Origin: a virus | Taxonomy: Duplodnaviria > Caudoviricetes | Strand: one strand, 5' to 3' | Length of the DNA stretch: 26,362 nt | IMG/VR virus record: IMGVR_UViG_3300044670_000556 | Coordinates: 1-26,362 of that record | Shown here: positions 6,723 to 16,378 of the stretch, in pieces | How the letters are laid out: every line of letters starts with the position of its first letter | Numbering within the stretch: position 1 is the first letter of the stretch | Position numbers and translations under genes: made by a program | Notes under the pieces: generated by a model | Told to the model about the DNA's origin: nothing | Databases searched by the model: none | The model's input: only the letters and a program-made list of their open reading frames with translations

Positions 6723-7381
6723 ACGCGACCCTTAGGATGTTCCCTCACATACTGTCGGATCAAAGCCTCAGCACGCACCGGCTTACCCTTATTCCGGCGA
6801 GCAATCCCAATGACCGCGTGCCACCAATCAAGATCCTGTTTCACATCAATCTTGCGGGTAGTCCAATCACGATGCCTGATCACACGTGACACCGGCCACG
6901 ACCGCCAACCCCTACGCATAACGTTCAACAACGCAGCCGACAGGAGCGCAGTAGAAACAACCTGCTCCACCGTCATACCCTCAGGGGATCCATCTATCTT
7001 GCGGGAGGTTCCCAACGATTCAATTTCAATACCATACAGGTGACTATTCCCCTGATCCTTCGGCACGATCACATCCGCACCCTTTTTCGGGAACCGCCAC
7101 GGACCACCCCTACCAGCGTGATACGCGCCAACCCCCGAACACACCCGCACCGTACCGTCACGCTCCACAAGGAAATGCGCAGCACGCACCGGCGCATACG
7201 GATTCGAGTAACAGATATACCGCAACGAATCAACACCAGCCGTGTGATGCAACACCACACCAACGAAATCCGACCGGCCGTTATACGGATCAATGCGCGA
7301 CGAATCCCAACCCGGCACATACTTCACCGGAACGCCATACGTCCGCAACTTGAACGCAAGCCGCTTAGGACGAACCCTCAT
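6719..7381 (-). CDS. Endolysin, N-acetylmuramoyl-L-alanine amidase (Amidase_2)
   Basis: VVLHHTA, AHFLVERDG, AYHAG, GNSHLYGIEIE, VIRHRDW..RKID. Follows the holin. Confidence 0.92.
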   Translation of the reverse strand: MRVRPKRLAFKLRTYGVPVKYVPGWDSSRIDPYNGRSDFVGVVLHHTAGVDSLRYICYSNPYAPVRAAHFLVERDGTVRVCSGVGAYHAGRGGPWRFPKKGADVIVPKDQGNSHLYGIEIESLGTSRKIDGSPEGMTVEQVVSTALLSAALLNVMRRGWRSWPVSRVIRHRDWTTRKIDVKQDLDWWHAVIGIARRNKGKPVRAEALIRQYVREHPKGRV

Positions 7382-7605
7382 CAACGATCACGCACCAACG
7401 ACGAAGTACCCTTATCCCCCATACCCGTAGCAACAACACTCATCAACACAGACGCGAACGCAGCAAGACCCGCAACCGAACCAGCTTGCACCCAATCCAC
7501 ATCAAGGAAACCCGTCTCCCCAACAACGATCATTGACAACAAAACCTGCGCGAACGTACGCAGCGCACGCTCACCCGCAGACTTCCAAAACTCAACAGTC
7601 CACAT
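7381..7605 (-). CDS. Holin (r1t-like family)
   Basis: FWKSAGERALRTFAQ signature, two hydrophobic segments, C-terminal GTSSL. Confidence 0.9.
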   Translation of the reverse strand: MWTVEFWKSAGERALRTFAQVLLSMIVVGETGFLDVDWVQAGSVAGLAAFASVLMSVVATGMGDKGTSSLVRDR

Positions 7606-7620
7606 GACAGGATCCCTTCA

Positions 7621-7848
7621 CTATTTCTGATTCATATGCCATTCGATATGGTCATCAACTTTGCCGCGAATCTCACGCACGTCAGTCTCAATACGGGTCA
7701 AAGAATCGCGCACACTCTGACCACCATTAGGTTGAAACTGTTTCTGCATAGCCACCTGCGCACGAATCAACCACAACATGCCGCCAAGGATCGCCGTCAA
7801 GATAGCGATGCAGGCGACGACGATGCCGATGAGTTCTGCCGGGTTCAC
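7621..7848 (-). CDS. Single-TM membrane protein of the lysis cassette
   Basis: N-terminal TM, PNGGQSVRD motif and coiled coil ending HIEWH, a pattern typical of actinophage lysis regions. Confidence 0.8.
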   Translation of the reverse strand: MNPAELIGIVVACIAILTAILGGMLWLIRAQVAMQKQFQPNGGQSVRDSLTRIETDVREIRGKVDDHIEWHMNQK

Positions 7849-8102
7849 GTTGCCGGGGTTTCTTCCTCAGCCGGTGGCTCCGGTGCGATGAACTCGTCCA
7901 ACTCCGCGTCATACCTGTAACCAATACCCGCGTACCTGCTGCGAATGTTGCCGTTGTACGAGGTGCGAATATAAGTGCCATGCAAGCCGATGCCGTGGAT
8001 GTACGCCTCCACCGCTGCGTCGTTCTCGTCGCCACCAAGATCATCAGGGACAACGATCACTTCACGGACGATGCCGTCCTCGATGCGTGCCGCGTGTGCC
8101 AT
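7845..8102 (-). CDS. Small partner protein of the glycine-rich fibre (putative assembly chaperone/tip)
   Basis: MAHAARIEDGIVREVIVV...RTSYNGNIRSRYAGIGYRYD..LDEFIAP. SD GGAGG. Directly follows the fibre gene. Confidence 0.75.
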   Translation of the reverse strand: MAHAARIEDGIVREVIVVPDDLGGDENDAAVEAYIHGIGLHGTYIRTSYNGNIRSRYAGIGYRYDAELDEFIAPEPPAEEETPAT

Positions 8103-8144
8103 TACAGACCTCCGTCTAGTTTCTGAATACCCATGAATGTTTCC

Positions 8145-9884
8145 TTACGCTGTGCGTACTCGTACGATTACGATGCCGGAACCACCAGCAGCACCGTTAC
8201 CTGCCGTACCCGGTCCCTTAGCGCCGTTGCCTGTATTGACTGTACCTGCGACCGATGCGCCAGCGCCGCCGCTGCCACCATCACCACCCACGGCATAGGT
8301 AGTAGCCGTGTTATTGAGGCTCGACGATGTACCAGCGCCACCTGTAGGTGCAGTCCCAGCGGCACTACTTCCACCGCCACCGCCGCCTGTTCCCGCTGCG
8401 CCACCGACTGCGCCGTCATTACCGCGTTTGATATCTATTGATATGCCTTTCGTGCCGCTGTTGTCACCACCGCCACCGCCACCAATGCCGTCTTTTGCTG
8501 TATTGCCACCAGCAGCACCACCGCCGCCACCGCCGCCTGTGGAATATTCGCCTACGGCTGATCCGGTCCCAATACCACCCGGACCTGCTACGCCAGCAGC
8601 ACCACCACCGCCAACCGTGACAGTTAGTGTCCCTGTAGGTAAGTAATATGAGGTTAGTAGTAGGTGACCGCCACCAGAACCCCCGCCGCCTGCGCGTGAT
8701 GCTAAGCCAGCCGAACCGGAACCTCCCCCACCCGACACGACGAGCAGGTCCACGAAACCAGCCTGATTCACCGTCAAAGTGTCGCTGCTAGTGAACTCGT
8801 AGTACGAGTACGTCGCACCACCCGACGAATACGAACCCGTAGCAGTATTACCGATGCTCGCGAATCCAGCGACAGGGGTGTAAGGACGCGCTACACGGAC
8901 AACAACCTTACCGCTGCCGCCCGACGCTCTCGTAGCGGTGTTGTAGCCTCCACCAGCACCGCCACCCGTATTAGCCGTGCCGTTAGTCCCCGCGCCTGTG
9001 CCTGCGGAACCAGCACCCCCGCCACCAGAGCCACCGGCTCCTGCGGTGGCTGTCGCAGAGCCAGTACCGCCACCACCGCCAGCGCGGGTCACGCTACTTC
9101 CGGTAATGCTTGACGCTAAACCAGCACCACCAGCACCGGATTGAGAGGTACTAGGTGCGGCCTGACCAGCAGCACCAGCACCTCCACCGCCGCCGAAAGC
9201 GTTGTTGTAAATACCTGAACCAACCCCGCCGTCGTTACCTTGGCCCGGTGCGCTACCTCCAGCCGTTCTTGATCCGGCAGCACCGCCTCCGCTGCCGCCA
9301 ATTTGTGCGTTGATGTTGTAGGAATAAGCACCACCAGAGCCACCGCCAACCCCGTAATAGAAATCGCCAAGCCGTGAAGCGTTACCATTCACTCCCGATG
9401 CGCCACCAGCCCCGACGGTGACTGTATGTGCACCAGCAGTTAAAAAAGCACTACTGACTTCCAGATGACCACCAGCACCACCGCCGCCGGAACCCTCAGA
9501 CCCCACGCCGTTTTGAGTTGAACCGCCACCCCCGACGACCAGCACATCAGCCAACCCCGCCTGCGACACCGACAATGACGACGACGCATCGAACTCCCAA
9601 TAGTCATACGTCACACCACCGGAGGTGTAGTTACCTGTAGGAGTGTCAGAGATAGCAGCACCAGCAAGCGCACCAGACACCGCCTGCCAATCAGACCCGT
9701 CATAGAACTCCAGCGCATCCTCATCAGTGCGGAACGTCACCTGACCCTCAACCGGTGAAGGAATCGCAGACGCACGCGCCGCCGTCCCACCAAACACCAA
9801 CACACCCTGCATCAAATAATCATTAGTGTCAGCAGCGGTGAGAACATCGCCAGCCGTGAACGTCTTGAAACCACCAGCAGCCAT
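8145..9884 (-). CDS. Tail fibre/adhesin: N-terminal anchor plus two tandem glycine-rich domains
   Basis: ATG 9884 (TAATG overlap). Two repeats of Y.Y.EF..S..L.V.QAG..D.LVV.GGG...GGSG.V.VRV. Confidence 0.85.
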   Translation of the reverse strand: MAAGGFKTFTAGDVLTAADTNDYLMQGVLVFGGTAARASAIPSPVEGQVTFRTDEDALEFYDGSDWQAVSGALAGAAISDTPTGNYTSGGVTYDYWEFDASSSLSVSQAGLADVLVVGGGGSTQNGVGSEGSGGGGAGGHLEVSSAFLTAGAHTVTVGAGGASGVNGNASRLGDFYYGVGGGSGGAYSYNINAQIGGSGGGAAGSRTAGGSAPGQGNDGGVGSGIYNNAFGGGGGAGAAGQAAPSTSQSGAGGAGLASSITGSSVTRAGGGGGTGSATATAGAGGSGGGGAGSAGTGAGTNGTANTGGGAGGGYNTATRASGGSGKVVVRVARPYTPVAGFASIGNTATGSYSSGGATYSYYEFTSSDTLTVNQAGFVDLLVVSGGGGSGSAGLASRAGGGGSGGGHLLLTSYYLPTGTLTVTVGGGGAAGVAGPGGIGTGSAVGEYSTGGGGGGGAAGGNTAKDGIGGGGGGDNSGTKGISIDIKRGNDGAVGGAAGTGGGGGGSSAAGTAPTGGAGTSSSLNNTATTYAVGGDGGSGGAGASVAGTVNTGNGAKGPGTAGNGAAGGSGIVIVRVRTA

Positions 9885-10084
9885 TAGAGCGCCGTCCAAT
9901 CTGATCCGTCGTAATACTCGATAGAATCCGTGTCAGCCAAGTAAGTAAACATCCCCTCGCTAGGGGACGCGATAGCAGACGCACGCGCAGCAGTACCCGC
10001 AAACACCATGAACGCCTGATCCATGATGTACCCCTGCACATCAGCAGCCGTCAAAACATCACCAGCCGTGAACGTCTTGAAACC
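9850..10084. repeat. 23-nt exact direct repeat at the 5' ends of two paralogous tail genes
   Basis: CCAGCCGTGAACGTCTTGAAACC at 9850-9872 and 10062-10084. Confidence 0.9.
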
Positions 10085-10096
10085 CTGTCCCGCCAC
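9884..10096 (-). CDS. Stand-alone fibre anchor domain (70 aa), paralog of the fibre N-terminus
   Basis: GFKTFTAGDVLTAAD...F.GTAARASAI.SP.EG...E.YDGSDW shared with the next gene. SD AGGAGG. Confidence 0.85.
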   Translation of the reverse strand: MAGQGFKTFTAGDVLTAADVQGYIMDQAFMVFAGTAARASAIASPSEGMFTYLADTDSIEYYDGSDWTAL

Positions 10097-10107
10097 TGCG
10101 CTACCTC

Positions 10108-11328
10108 CTAGAACCCAAGCCGGTCATCATCAAGTTCACCGAACACCGCATCCGACAGAATGAACGACGGCTGCGCCTGCGACAACGATAAACTAACTTC
10201 ACTCCGCGCAGGTGTCAGACGGTAATCCAATTTGTCTACCGTCGCATACTGCGTGATAGCGGATCCGACCGTTGGCGTGAACGTCACCTCAACCGGGGAC
10301 GTAATATCCAACGCAGCAATAGCGGACTGTTGCTCAGCCGTCAACGCGTCAAGGAACACACTCACCCGACTGATGCGGAACACCGGATCCTTATACAAAG
10401 ACAACAAATAATCCGCGAGACTCTGCAACTCCGTATCATCATCAAACAACAAACCAGATCGGGAATACTCGTTGATTCCGTACGTGGTCTGCGACGTAGC
10501 ATCCGACGCGGTAGCCGTACCACCATTGTTACGCGTCAACTCAATAGTGTTATACAACTGCTCCGTGCCGTAATCCACCTCAACCGACGCGAACGGGATC
10601 CCCGTCCCACCGATCACGACAGGGTTAGTAAAATCCTGCGTAGCCTGCCGATCCTGAAACGTCGCCAACCCGTCACGCGACATATAGAACGCGCCGAACT
10701 CAGTATCACTAACCGTCTGCAAATACCCAACCACGTTAGTGTTCGCGGACGGAGCATCAGCCTGCAACGTTATCTCACCCGCGTCAATGTCACGCTTCGA
10801 CGTAGGCCACTCCGCCTCAGTCAACACAGACGCGACACGCGCACCAGACAACTCAGCCGACTGAGTAGCAGTACCAACCGTGATCTGAGCCAACTGCACA
10901 AACCCGTCAGCGCAAACCGCCGTAGTCGTGTAATCATGATTTGCCGGGAACTCAAGGTTCCAATCGTCCACTAACCCCGTGAACACCGGCTCGTCATTGA
11001 CTTTCACCGTGACGTTCTTACGCGGAACAATACTGTTCGCGTACGGACTGACAGCAGTTCCCGCCGTAGGATCGAACAACCGTGACCGGTTATCCAACTC
11101 AATGTTACTTGAACCGGACTGCACCCGGTCAATCAACCGGGACCGGCCACGCGACACCGACACGTTACGGACGTACTGCGTCACATCAACGAGCGAGAAA
11201 TCCCCACCAAGCGTGTACGTGGTGTTATCTAACTTACCGGCAACCGCGTCATCCAGCGTGAAAAAGTTAGTAGTACCACCCGCGTCCTGATCGAACGCGA
11301 ACACCACTTCAACAGACGGAGCAGCCAT
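10108..11328 (-). CDS. Minor tail (tip/hub) protein
   Basis: Immediately after the tape measure (TAATG). DVTQYVRNVSVSRGRSR, LDNRSRLFDP and VFTGLVDDW are typical of actinophage tail-tip proteins. Confidence 0.85.
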   Translation of the reverse strand: MAAPSVEVVFAFDQDAGGTTNFFTLDDAVAGKLDNTTYTLGGDFSLVDVTQYVRNVSVSRGRSRLIDRVQSGSSNIELDNRSRLFDPTAGTAVSPYANSIVPRKNVTVKVNDEPVFTGLVDDWNLEFPANHDYTTTAVCADGFVQLAQITVGTATQSAELSGARVASVLTEAEWPTSKRDIDAGEITLQADAPSANTNVVGYLQTVSDTEFGAFYMSRDGLATFQDRQATQDFTNPVVIGGTGIPFASVEVDYGTEQLYNTIELTRNNGGTATASDATSQTTYGINEYSRSGLLFDDDTELQSLADYLLSLYKDPVFRISRVSVFLDALTAEQQSAIAALDITSPVEVTFTPTVGSAITQYATVDKLDYRLTPARSEVSLSLSQAQPSFILSDAVFGELDDDRLGF

Positions 11329-14300
11329 TAGGCCACCTTCACGGGGATAGGACCGTTCCGTTTCTCGTACTGCTTCAACGCATCAACGATCTGCCTACCG
11401 ACCTGCGCACCGTCCGTACCCATACCAGCGTTTACGTTGATAGTGATACCGCCGCCGCCACGCAGGTCACTTAGCGGAGCGTTACCCCGCGTGCGGTTCA
11501 ACGGCAGCAACGCTTCCGGACCAGCCTCACCAATCAGAGCCACCGTCGGACGACGAACAATCGCACCCGTAGCACCCGCACCCTCAACACCCGCGAACGG
11601 TGACCGGATCTCCTGCACAACCCGCGTCACAACCTCGTTGACGTTCTTCGTCACCTCAATGTCAATGACTGCTTGCCGCGCCATTTTCTTAGCCAACTTA
11701 TTCATGATCTTCATAAGTTGCTTGCGACCGGGACCGCCGGGACCGAACTGCTCATCAAACCCTAGAACGGTGGCGTGCGCACTAGCAACACCCGCACCCT
11801 TGAAATGATCAGCCGCTTCCAACCCGATATCGTCGGCTTCCTTCTGCACCGCGTTCAGCAGATCAGTGGCCTGATTGATTGCCTCCGCGCCACCCGCGAT
11901 CAACTCGCCAGCAATCTCACCACCGGATTCAGCACCCTCACCAATGATCATCTGCATCAGCGGGGAATCCTTATTGATACCCATACTGATCAGCGTGCGG
12001 ATTTGTCCAGCGAACTCACGCGCCTTAGCAGCCTGCGCTTGCAACGCCTCCATGAACGTCAGGCCAAGTTTTTCACCGGCCATTTTCGCACGCGCTAACT
12101 CATCCTCCGCCGCCAAGACGCTAGCCTGCGCCGATTCCCCCGCGCCCTCCTTAGCCGCCTCAGCGCGAGCATCCGCAAGGGTTTTCTCCGCAGCCGCGAT
12201 ATCCGCTGCGCGTTCCTTCGCACCCTTAGCCGCGCCACCCAAATCAATAGCACCCATGATCGAACGGGAAACGTCACGCGCAAACGCGAAGAACTCTTCC
12301 CGCGCATCATCAAGATCTTTCTTCAGACCCTTACGCCACTCACCCAAACGACCCTTCATCGTTTCAAGAGCAGCGGTATAACGCTCAGCCGCCTCACTAG
12401 CCTTCGACGCACCATCGGATGCATTGTCAGTATCATCACGAAGATCATCCAACTGATCGCCGGTTCCCTGCGCCGCCGTGCCAAAATTCTGCATCGCAGT
12501 GAAACTATCCCGCGCCGTACTGATCAACGTCTCTTGCGAGTAGCGAAGTGACTGAGTGTTGCTAGTCAAATGATCAGCCGCAGCCGACGCACCAGACGCG
12601 CTACCCATCATGTTCTTGAACTCAAACGACGCAAGACGCGTCATCCGTTCCACACCCGGCGTAACATCAGCAAGTTTGTTATACGCATCAATCAGGAAAT
12701 TGATGCCGTCAATGGCAAGGTTGATTCCCTTTTCCACCGCGACCAGCGCATTCCGGAACGCGGAACTAACAATATTCGCAATAGAACTGAACGCCTTACG
12801 TGCACCCTCTGCGACGTTCCGCAAGTACGTGCTGACCGGACCCAACTTGTTCAACAGAATATCTATTGCCGCGATGACCGCGCCACGAATCAAGTTCGCG
12901 ACCATCTGAATTATTTTGAACGCAGCCGTATAAATCTTTATCACTACCCGCAGGCCATTAGCAAGCAGGTTCCAATACCGCGTGAGAGCCTGAACCGCTA
13001 CCGCGAGAACATCACCGAGGAATCTAGCCACCTTATCAAAGATAGATCGCAGATCCTCTGTATCACCAATTACATTCTGCACTGCACCAACAAGATCATT
13101 CAACAAAGTTGATGCAATATTTTTTACAGTCTCAATAAGAACCATCACGGCTTTACGCAACGCGGCAGAACGATCCCACATCATCTTGAACGCAATCGCA
13201 ACAGCAGCGATCGCCGCGACAACGGCAACCACCTTGATAGCAAGGATCGCGCCAGCAGCAGTGATACCCGCGAACGCGGTCACCAACACTCCACCCATGC
13301 TGATCAACTTGCCGACAACCAACAACACCGGACCGATAGCCGCAGCAATACCCGCAGCCGTAACAACAAAGTTTTTCATTTGCGGGGAAAGGTTCTGGAA
13401 CGCTTCACCAAGAGTCTTGATACGGTCCGCAAACTTCTCCACAAACGGAGCGATAATGTCACCGAACTCAATCAGGCTATTCTTCAAAGTGGAGAACGCC
13501 TGTTGCAGTTTGAAGCCGGTAGTTTCCGCCGCCGCCTCAAACGCCGGATTCAGGTCGTCCGCAGTAGTCGCAGCGAGCGCACCGAAAATATCTGCCGTGG
13601 TTTCTGCGCCTGCACCCATAAGGTCCATGACACCGACAAGCGCACGCTTATTACCGAACAGTTCAGCAGTAGCGATGGTGTCATCACCAAACGCTTTTAC
13701 AAGGCTTTGCAGAGCCGACAGCAAACCCTCATCGCGGATTTGTTTCCGGATCCCCTCATACGAAAGACCAACCTTCGCCAGAGCCTTAGCACCCTGCGGG
13801 GTTTCCTTCACAAGAGAACCCATGATCGCTGTCAGTTGCGTACTAGCCGCAGCCGCATCCGTACCCGTGCGAGACATAGCAGCCATGGCCGCAGCGGCTT
13901 GATCGAAACTGATACCCAACGCCGACGACAACGGCAGCACTGCACCCATAGCACCAGCGAGCGCGGAAGATTCCAACTTGCCTTGCTCAACGGCAGTACG
14001 CAGAACAGATGTTGCCTTAGTCGCGCTAAGATTCTCCGCGCCGTAAGCGTTCATGGCGGAAGTGGCTAGATCAGCGATGGTTTGCACATCGCCTAGACCA
14101 ATGGCCGCACCCTTCAAAGACGCTTCAAGGGTTTCCATCGCGTCGCTGCCACGCAAACCAGCGGACGTAATAAAGAACATAGCATCAGCCGCTTCACCAG
14201 CGGACTTGCCGAACTGCGATGCCATATCAATAATGTCACCGCGCATCCCGTCAACTTCGTCACGGGACAATCCAACAAGGCTGACCATCTTCGTCATAGA

Positions 14301-14558
14301 CGAATCGAAGTCAACCGCCATAGCGGTAGCGGCAGCACCGATACCAACAAGCGGTAGCGTTACTGACTTCGTAAGATTCCCGCCAACTTTACTGACGGAC
14401 TTCCCAACGTCCTGCATCTTCGAACCGAAGGCAGACATTTTGTCACTCATTGTCTGAGTGGCTTTACGTGCCTTCTCTAGTTCGCGAATGCCTTTTTGTA
14501 GATCGCGTCCGTCCCAATCTGAAATCAGAGAGACGAGGACAGCGGGGTTCCTAGCCAC
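11328..14558 (-). CDS. Tape measure protein (TP901-like core)
   Basis: 1076 aa, Ala-rich helical, LTKSVTLPLVGIG...FDSSM motif, central hydrophobic stretch, C-terminal ALIGEAGPEALLPL. Confidence 0.95.
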   Translation of the reverse strand: MARNPAVLVSLISDWDGRDLQKGIRELEKARKATQTMSDKMSAFGSKMQDVGKSVSKVGGNLTKSVTLPLVGIGAAATAMAVDFDSSMTKMVSLVGLSRDEVDGMRGDIIDMASQFGKSAGEAADAMFFITSAGLRGSDAMETLEASLKGAAIGLGDVQTIADLATSAMNAYGAENLSATKATSVLRTAVEQGKLESSALAGAMGAVLPLSSALGISFDQAAAAMAAMSRTGTDAAAASTQLTAIMGSLVKETPQGAKALAKVGLSYEGIRKQIRDEGLLSALQSLVKAFGDDTIATAELFGNKRALVGVMDLMGAGAETTADIFGALAATTADDLNPAFEAAAETTGFKLQQAFSTLKNSLIEFGDIIAPFVEKFADRIKTLGEAFQNLSPQMKNFVVTAAGIAAAIGPVLLVVGKLISMGGVLVTAFAGITAAGAILAIKVVAVVAAIAAVAIAFKMMWDRSAALRKAVMVLIETVKNIASTLLNDLVGAVQNVIGDTEDLRSIFDKVARFLGDVLAVAVQALTRYWNLLANGLRVVIKIYTAAFKIIQMVANLIRGAVIAAIDILLNKLGPVSTYLRNVAEGARKAFSSIANIVSSAFRNALVAVEKGINLAIDGINFLIDAYNKLADVTPGVERMTRLASFEFKNMMGSASGASAAADHLTSNTQSLRYSQETLISTARDSFTAMQNFGTAAQGTGDQLDDLRDDTDNASDGASKASEAAERYTAALETMKGRLGEWRKGLKKDLDDAREEFFAFARDVSRSIMGAIDLGGAAKGAKERAADIAAAEKTLADARAEAAKEGAGESAQASVLAAEDELARAKMAGEKLGLTFMEALQAQAAKAREFAGQIRTLISMGINKDSPLMQMIIGEGAESGGEIAGELIAGGAEAINQATDLLNAVQKEADDIGLEAADHFKGAGVASAHATVLGFDEQFGPGGPGRKQLMKIMNKLAKKMARQAVIDIEVTKNVNEVVTRVVQEIRSPFAGVEGAGATGAIVRRPTVALIGEAGPEALLPLNRTRGNAPLSDLRGGGGITINVNAGMGTDGAQVGRQIVDALKQYEKRNGPIPVKVA

Positions 14559-15105
14559 CTAATCCCTCCAACTTTGCCTGAGTAGCCTTGCAAGCCTTAT
14601 CAACAGCAGCAATCAATGTTTCGCGTTCTGATTCAACCGACCAATCCTGAGGTGAATCATGCGCACCCCACACCGTGCGAGATGCACGCTTACCGGACTT
14701 GCGTCGGATCGCCGCAACAAAACCGACACCGTTGCCGTACGTCCAACCCGTCTTAGGATTGATGCCGGGTCGCGGTGATGCACCATCGGACTTGCGTCCG
14801 GCTAGTTCCCAAATAACACCAGCGGCAGTCGTGTTCTGCACACCGATGACATTGCCGACAGCGGTTCCACGTTTCCTACGTTTCGCCGTTGTGACTTTGA
14901 TTCCGGAACGAATGCCGTCAGCGTCGTAACCACCACGCCAACCCTTCCAACCGGACAACCCCGTGTTGTCAACAAGGTCTTGTGCTTCGCTGCGTAACCT
15001 GTTAGCGGATTGCCGTAGAGTCTTAGTAACGTCTTTGTTTACCTCAGGATCCAGATCCTTCAACGCACTTAGCGTATTACGGAAACCCTTAGTTTCAACG
15101 CGCAT
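14551..15105 (-). CDS. HK97 gp10-like neck/tail-completion protein
   Basis: Basic protein, VETKGFRNTLSALKDLD...IRSGIKV...GVIWELAG. Confidence 0.6.
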   Translation of the reverse strand: MRVETKGFRNTLSALKDLDPEVNKDVTKTLRQSANRLRSEAQDLVDNTGLSGWKGWRGGYDADGIRSGIKVTTAKRRKRGTAVGNVIGVQNTTAAGVIWELAGRKSDGASPRPGINPKTGWTYGNGVGFVAAIRRKSGKRASRTVWGAHDSPQDWSVESERETLIAAVDKACKATQAKLEGLGG

Positions 15106-15521
15106 CTACTTAGACCCCTTGCGTTCCTGATAATTACGCCAACGCAAATACCGTTGCATCGTCACAATAGTTCGATCCGACTCAGCCAAAATGGCAGACG
15201 GAGCCAATCCAAATTCATACGCAAGGTGCACAATGTGAAAAGTTACTGACTGTTCTCCAAAGGGACAACATCATTATCCTCATCACTGAATACAACTTCC
15301 GGATCCCGCGCTTCAAGCCACTGTTCAAACTCCCCAATGGACTTATCTGCGCGGTGCAACGAATGCCACGCCAACCAATAAATATCAGTCAGCATGAACT
15401 CTTGCTGGAACTTCGCTACGGACTTATTGAACTTGCCTTCGAACGCGACAAGATCCACCGCTGACACAACCGCATCAGCGGTGGATCCGTCGTCATACTG
15501 TACGCGAAGGTTCATCTTCAT
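15106..15521 (-). CDS. Tail assembly chaperone, long -1 frameshift product (gpGT-like)
   Basis: The -1 frame from the slippery site reads PFGEQSVTFHIVHLAYEFGLAPSAILAESDRTIVTMQRYLRWRNYQERKGSK and its TAG abuts the next ATG. Confidence 0.8.
15243..15521 (-). CDS. Tail assembly chaperone (gpG-like)
   Basis: 92 aa, between tail tube and tape measure, SD AGGAG. Confidence 0.85.
   Translation of the reverse strand: MKMNLRVQYDDGSTADAVVSAVDLVAFEGKFNKSVAKFQQEFMLTDIYWLAWHSLHRADKSIGEFEQWLEARDPEVVFSDEDNDVVPLENSQ
15258..15264 (-). other. Programmed -1 frameshift slippery heptamer C CCT TTG
   Basis: X XXY YYZ pattern, correctly phased, a few codons before the chaperone stop. Confidence 0.8.
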
Positions 15522-15548
15522 GGCAGGAACTCCTATCTAGGAACGAAG

Positions 15549-15965
15549 TTAGGCGGTAGCCTTAGTGACCTCACCGGTGATCGGCAGGCTCACCGAAGTG
15601 GTAGCAAGATCGCCAACAGCACCATCCACCGGAGAATACTCCGTGACCAGCACATCAAATTGGTAATCAGGGTTAGTAGCGGAAGTGGCAGCGGTTCCAC
15701 CCGGCTTCACGGTAACCGCAACGGTCCCGCCAAGGTTCGGGAAGAACAACGAATCAATACCAGACGCACCAAAATCAGAGTGCATTTCGAAATCAACTGT
15801 GCCGGACTTCAAACCGCCGATACGAGTGCGGTAGCCGCCAGCCGCGCCGAACGCGGTTGTCTCCACATCGTCAGCGGAAAGATTGATTGTCACGCTTGCG
15901 CATGACGAAGTGATGGTTGAACCGGCGAAAACAATAACCGGATCGGTCAGCACGAACTTAGCCAT
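15549..15965 (-). CDS. Major tail tube protein
   Basis: SVTINLSADDVETTAFG...TRIGGLK...GAVGDLATTSVSLP. SD AAGGAG. Position fits. Confidence 0.9.
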   Translation of the reverse strand: MAKFVLTDPVIVFAGSTITSSCASVTINLSADDVETTAFGAAGGYRTRIGGLKSGTVDFEMHSDFGASGIDSLFFPNLGGTVAVTVKPGGTAATSATNPDYQFDVLVTEYSPVDGAVGDLATTSVSLPITGEVTKATA

Positions 15966-15973
15966 GATGCTCC

Positions 15974-16378
15974 TTACGCATAAACAGTAACCGCAAACGT
16001 CACGGTTAGATAGGTGTTCTCATTGATGGTGGCAGCGCGGTAGTCCCGTGCTTCCGTTACTCGTAGGTCTTGGACTAGACCTCCGAGAGTCTTATCAGAT
16101 TCAACAGCGGCTTTGACGCTGCTCGCTCCGGACGGATTGCAATACCCGTCAAGATTAGATTGCGCGTTCCGATCAGAAATCTTTGACACGATCAATTGAA
16201 TAGTGAACGCGTAGGTATCCAGACCGCGACCGAACGCGGTATCAAAACTCACGTTCTCAGGGAAGATGATTGCGATAGGTGGCTTCGGTTCGTCCGGCAC
16301 ATACGCAGAAGTACGCAGACCGCTGATCGTTCCAAGGTTCGTTGCGATCCCTGTACGGATCTCACTGAGGGTAGGCAT
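15974..16378 (-). CDS. Tail terminator/completion protein
   Basis: IRTGIATNL..ISGL, SVKAAVESDKTLGG. Lies before the tail tube. Confidence 0.75.
   Translation of the reverse strand: MPTLSEIRTGIATNLGTISGLRTSAYVPDEPKPPIAIIFPENVSFDTAFGRGLDTYAFTIQLIVSKISDRNAQSNLDGYCNPSGASSVKAAVESDKTLGGLVQDLRVTEARDYRAATINENTYLTVTFAVTVYA

Noticed and set aside
8145-9670. PE_PGRS, collagen or DGR target interpretation of the Gly-rich region
   Set aside because: No PE domain, no G-x-y period, and no reverse transcriptase or adenine-variant template repeat in the window.
9884-9930. Frameshift fusing the 70-aa anchor to the fibre
   Set aside because: The -1 frame is open for only about 14 codons with no X XXY YYZ heptamer. 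TAATG coupling explains the junction.
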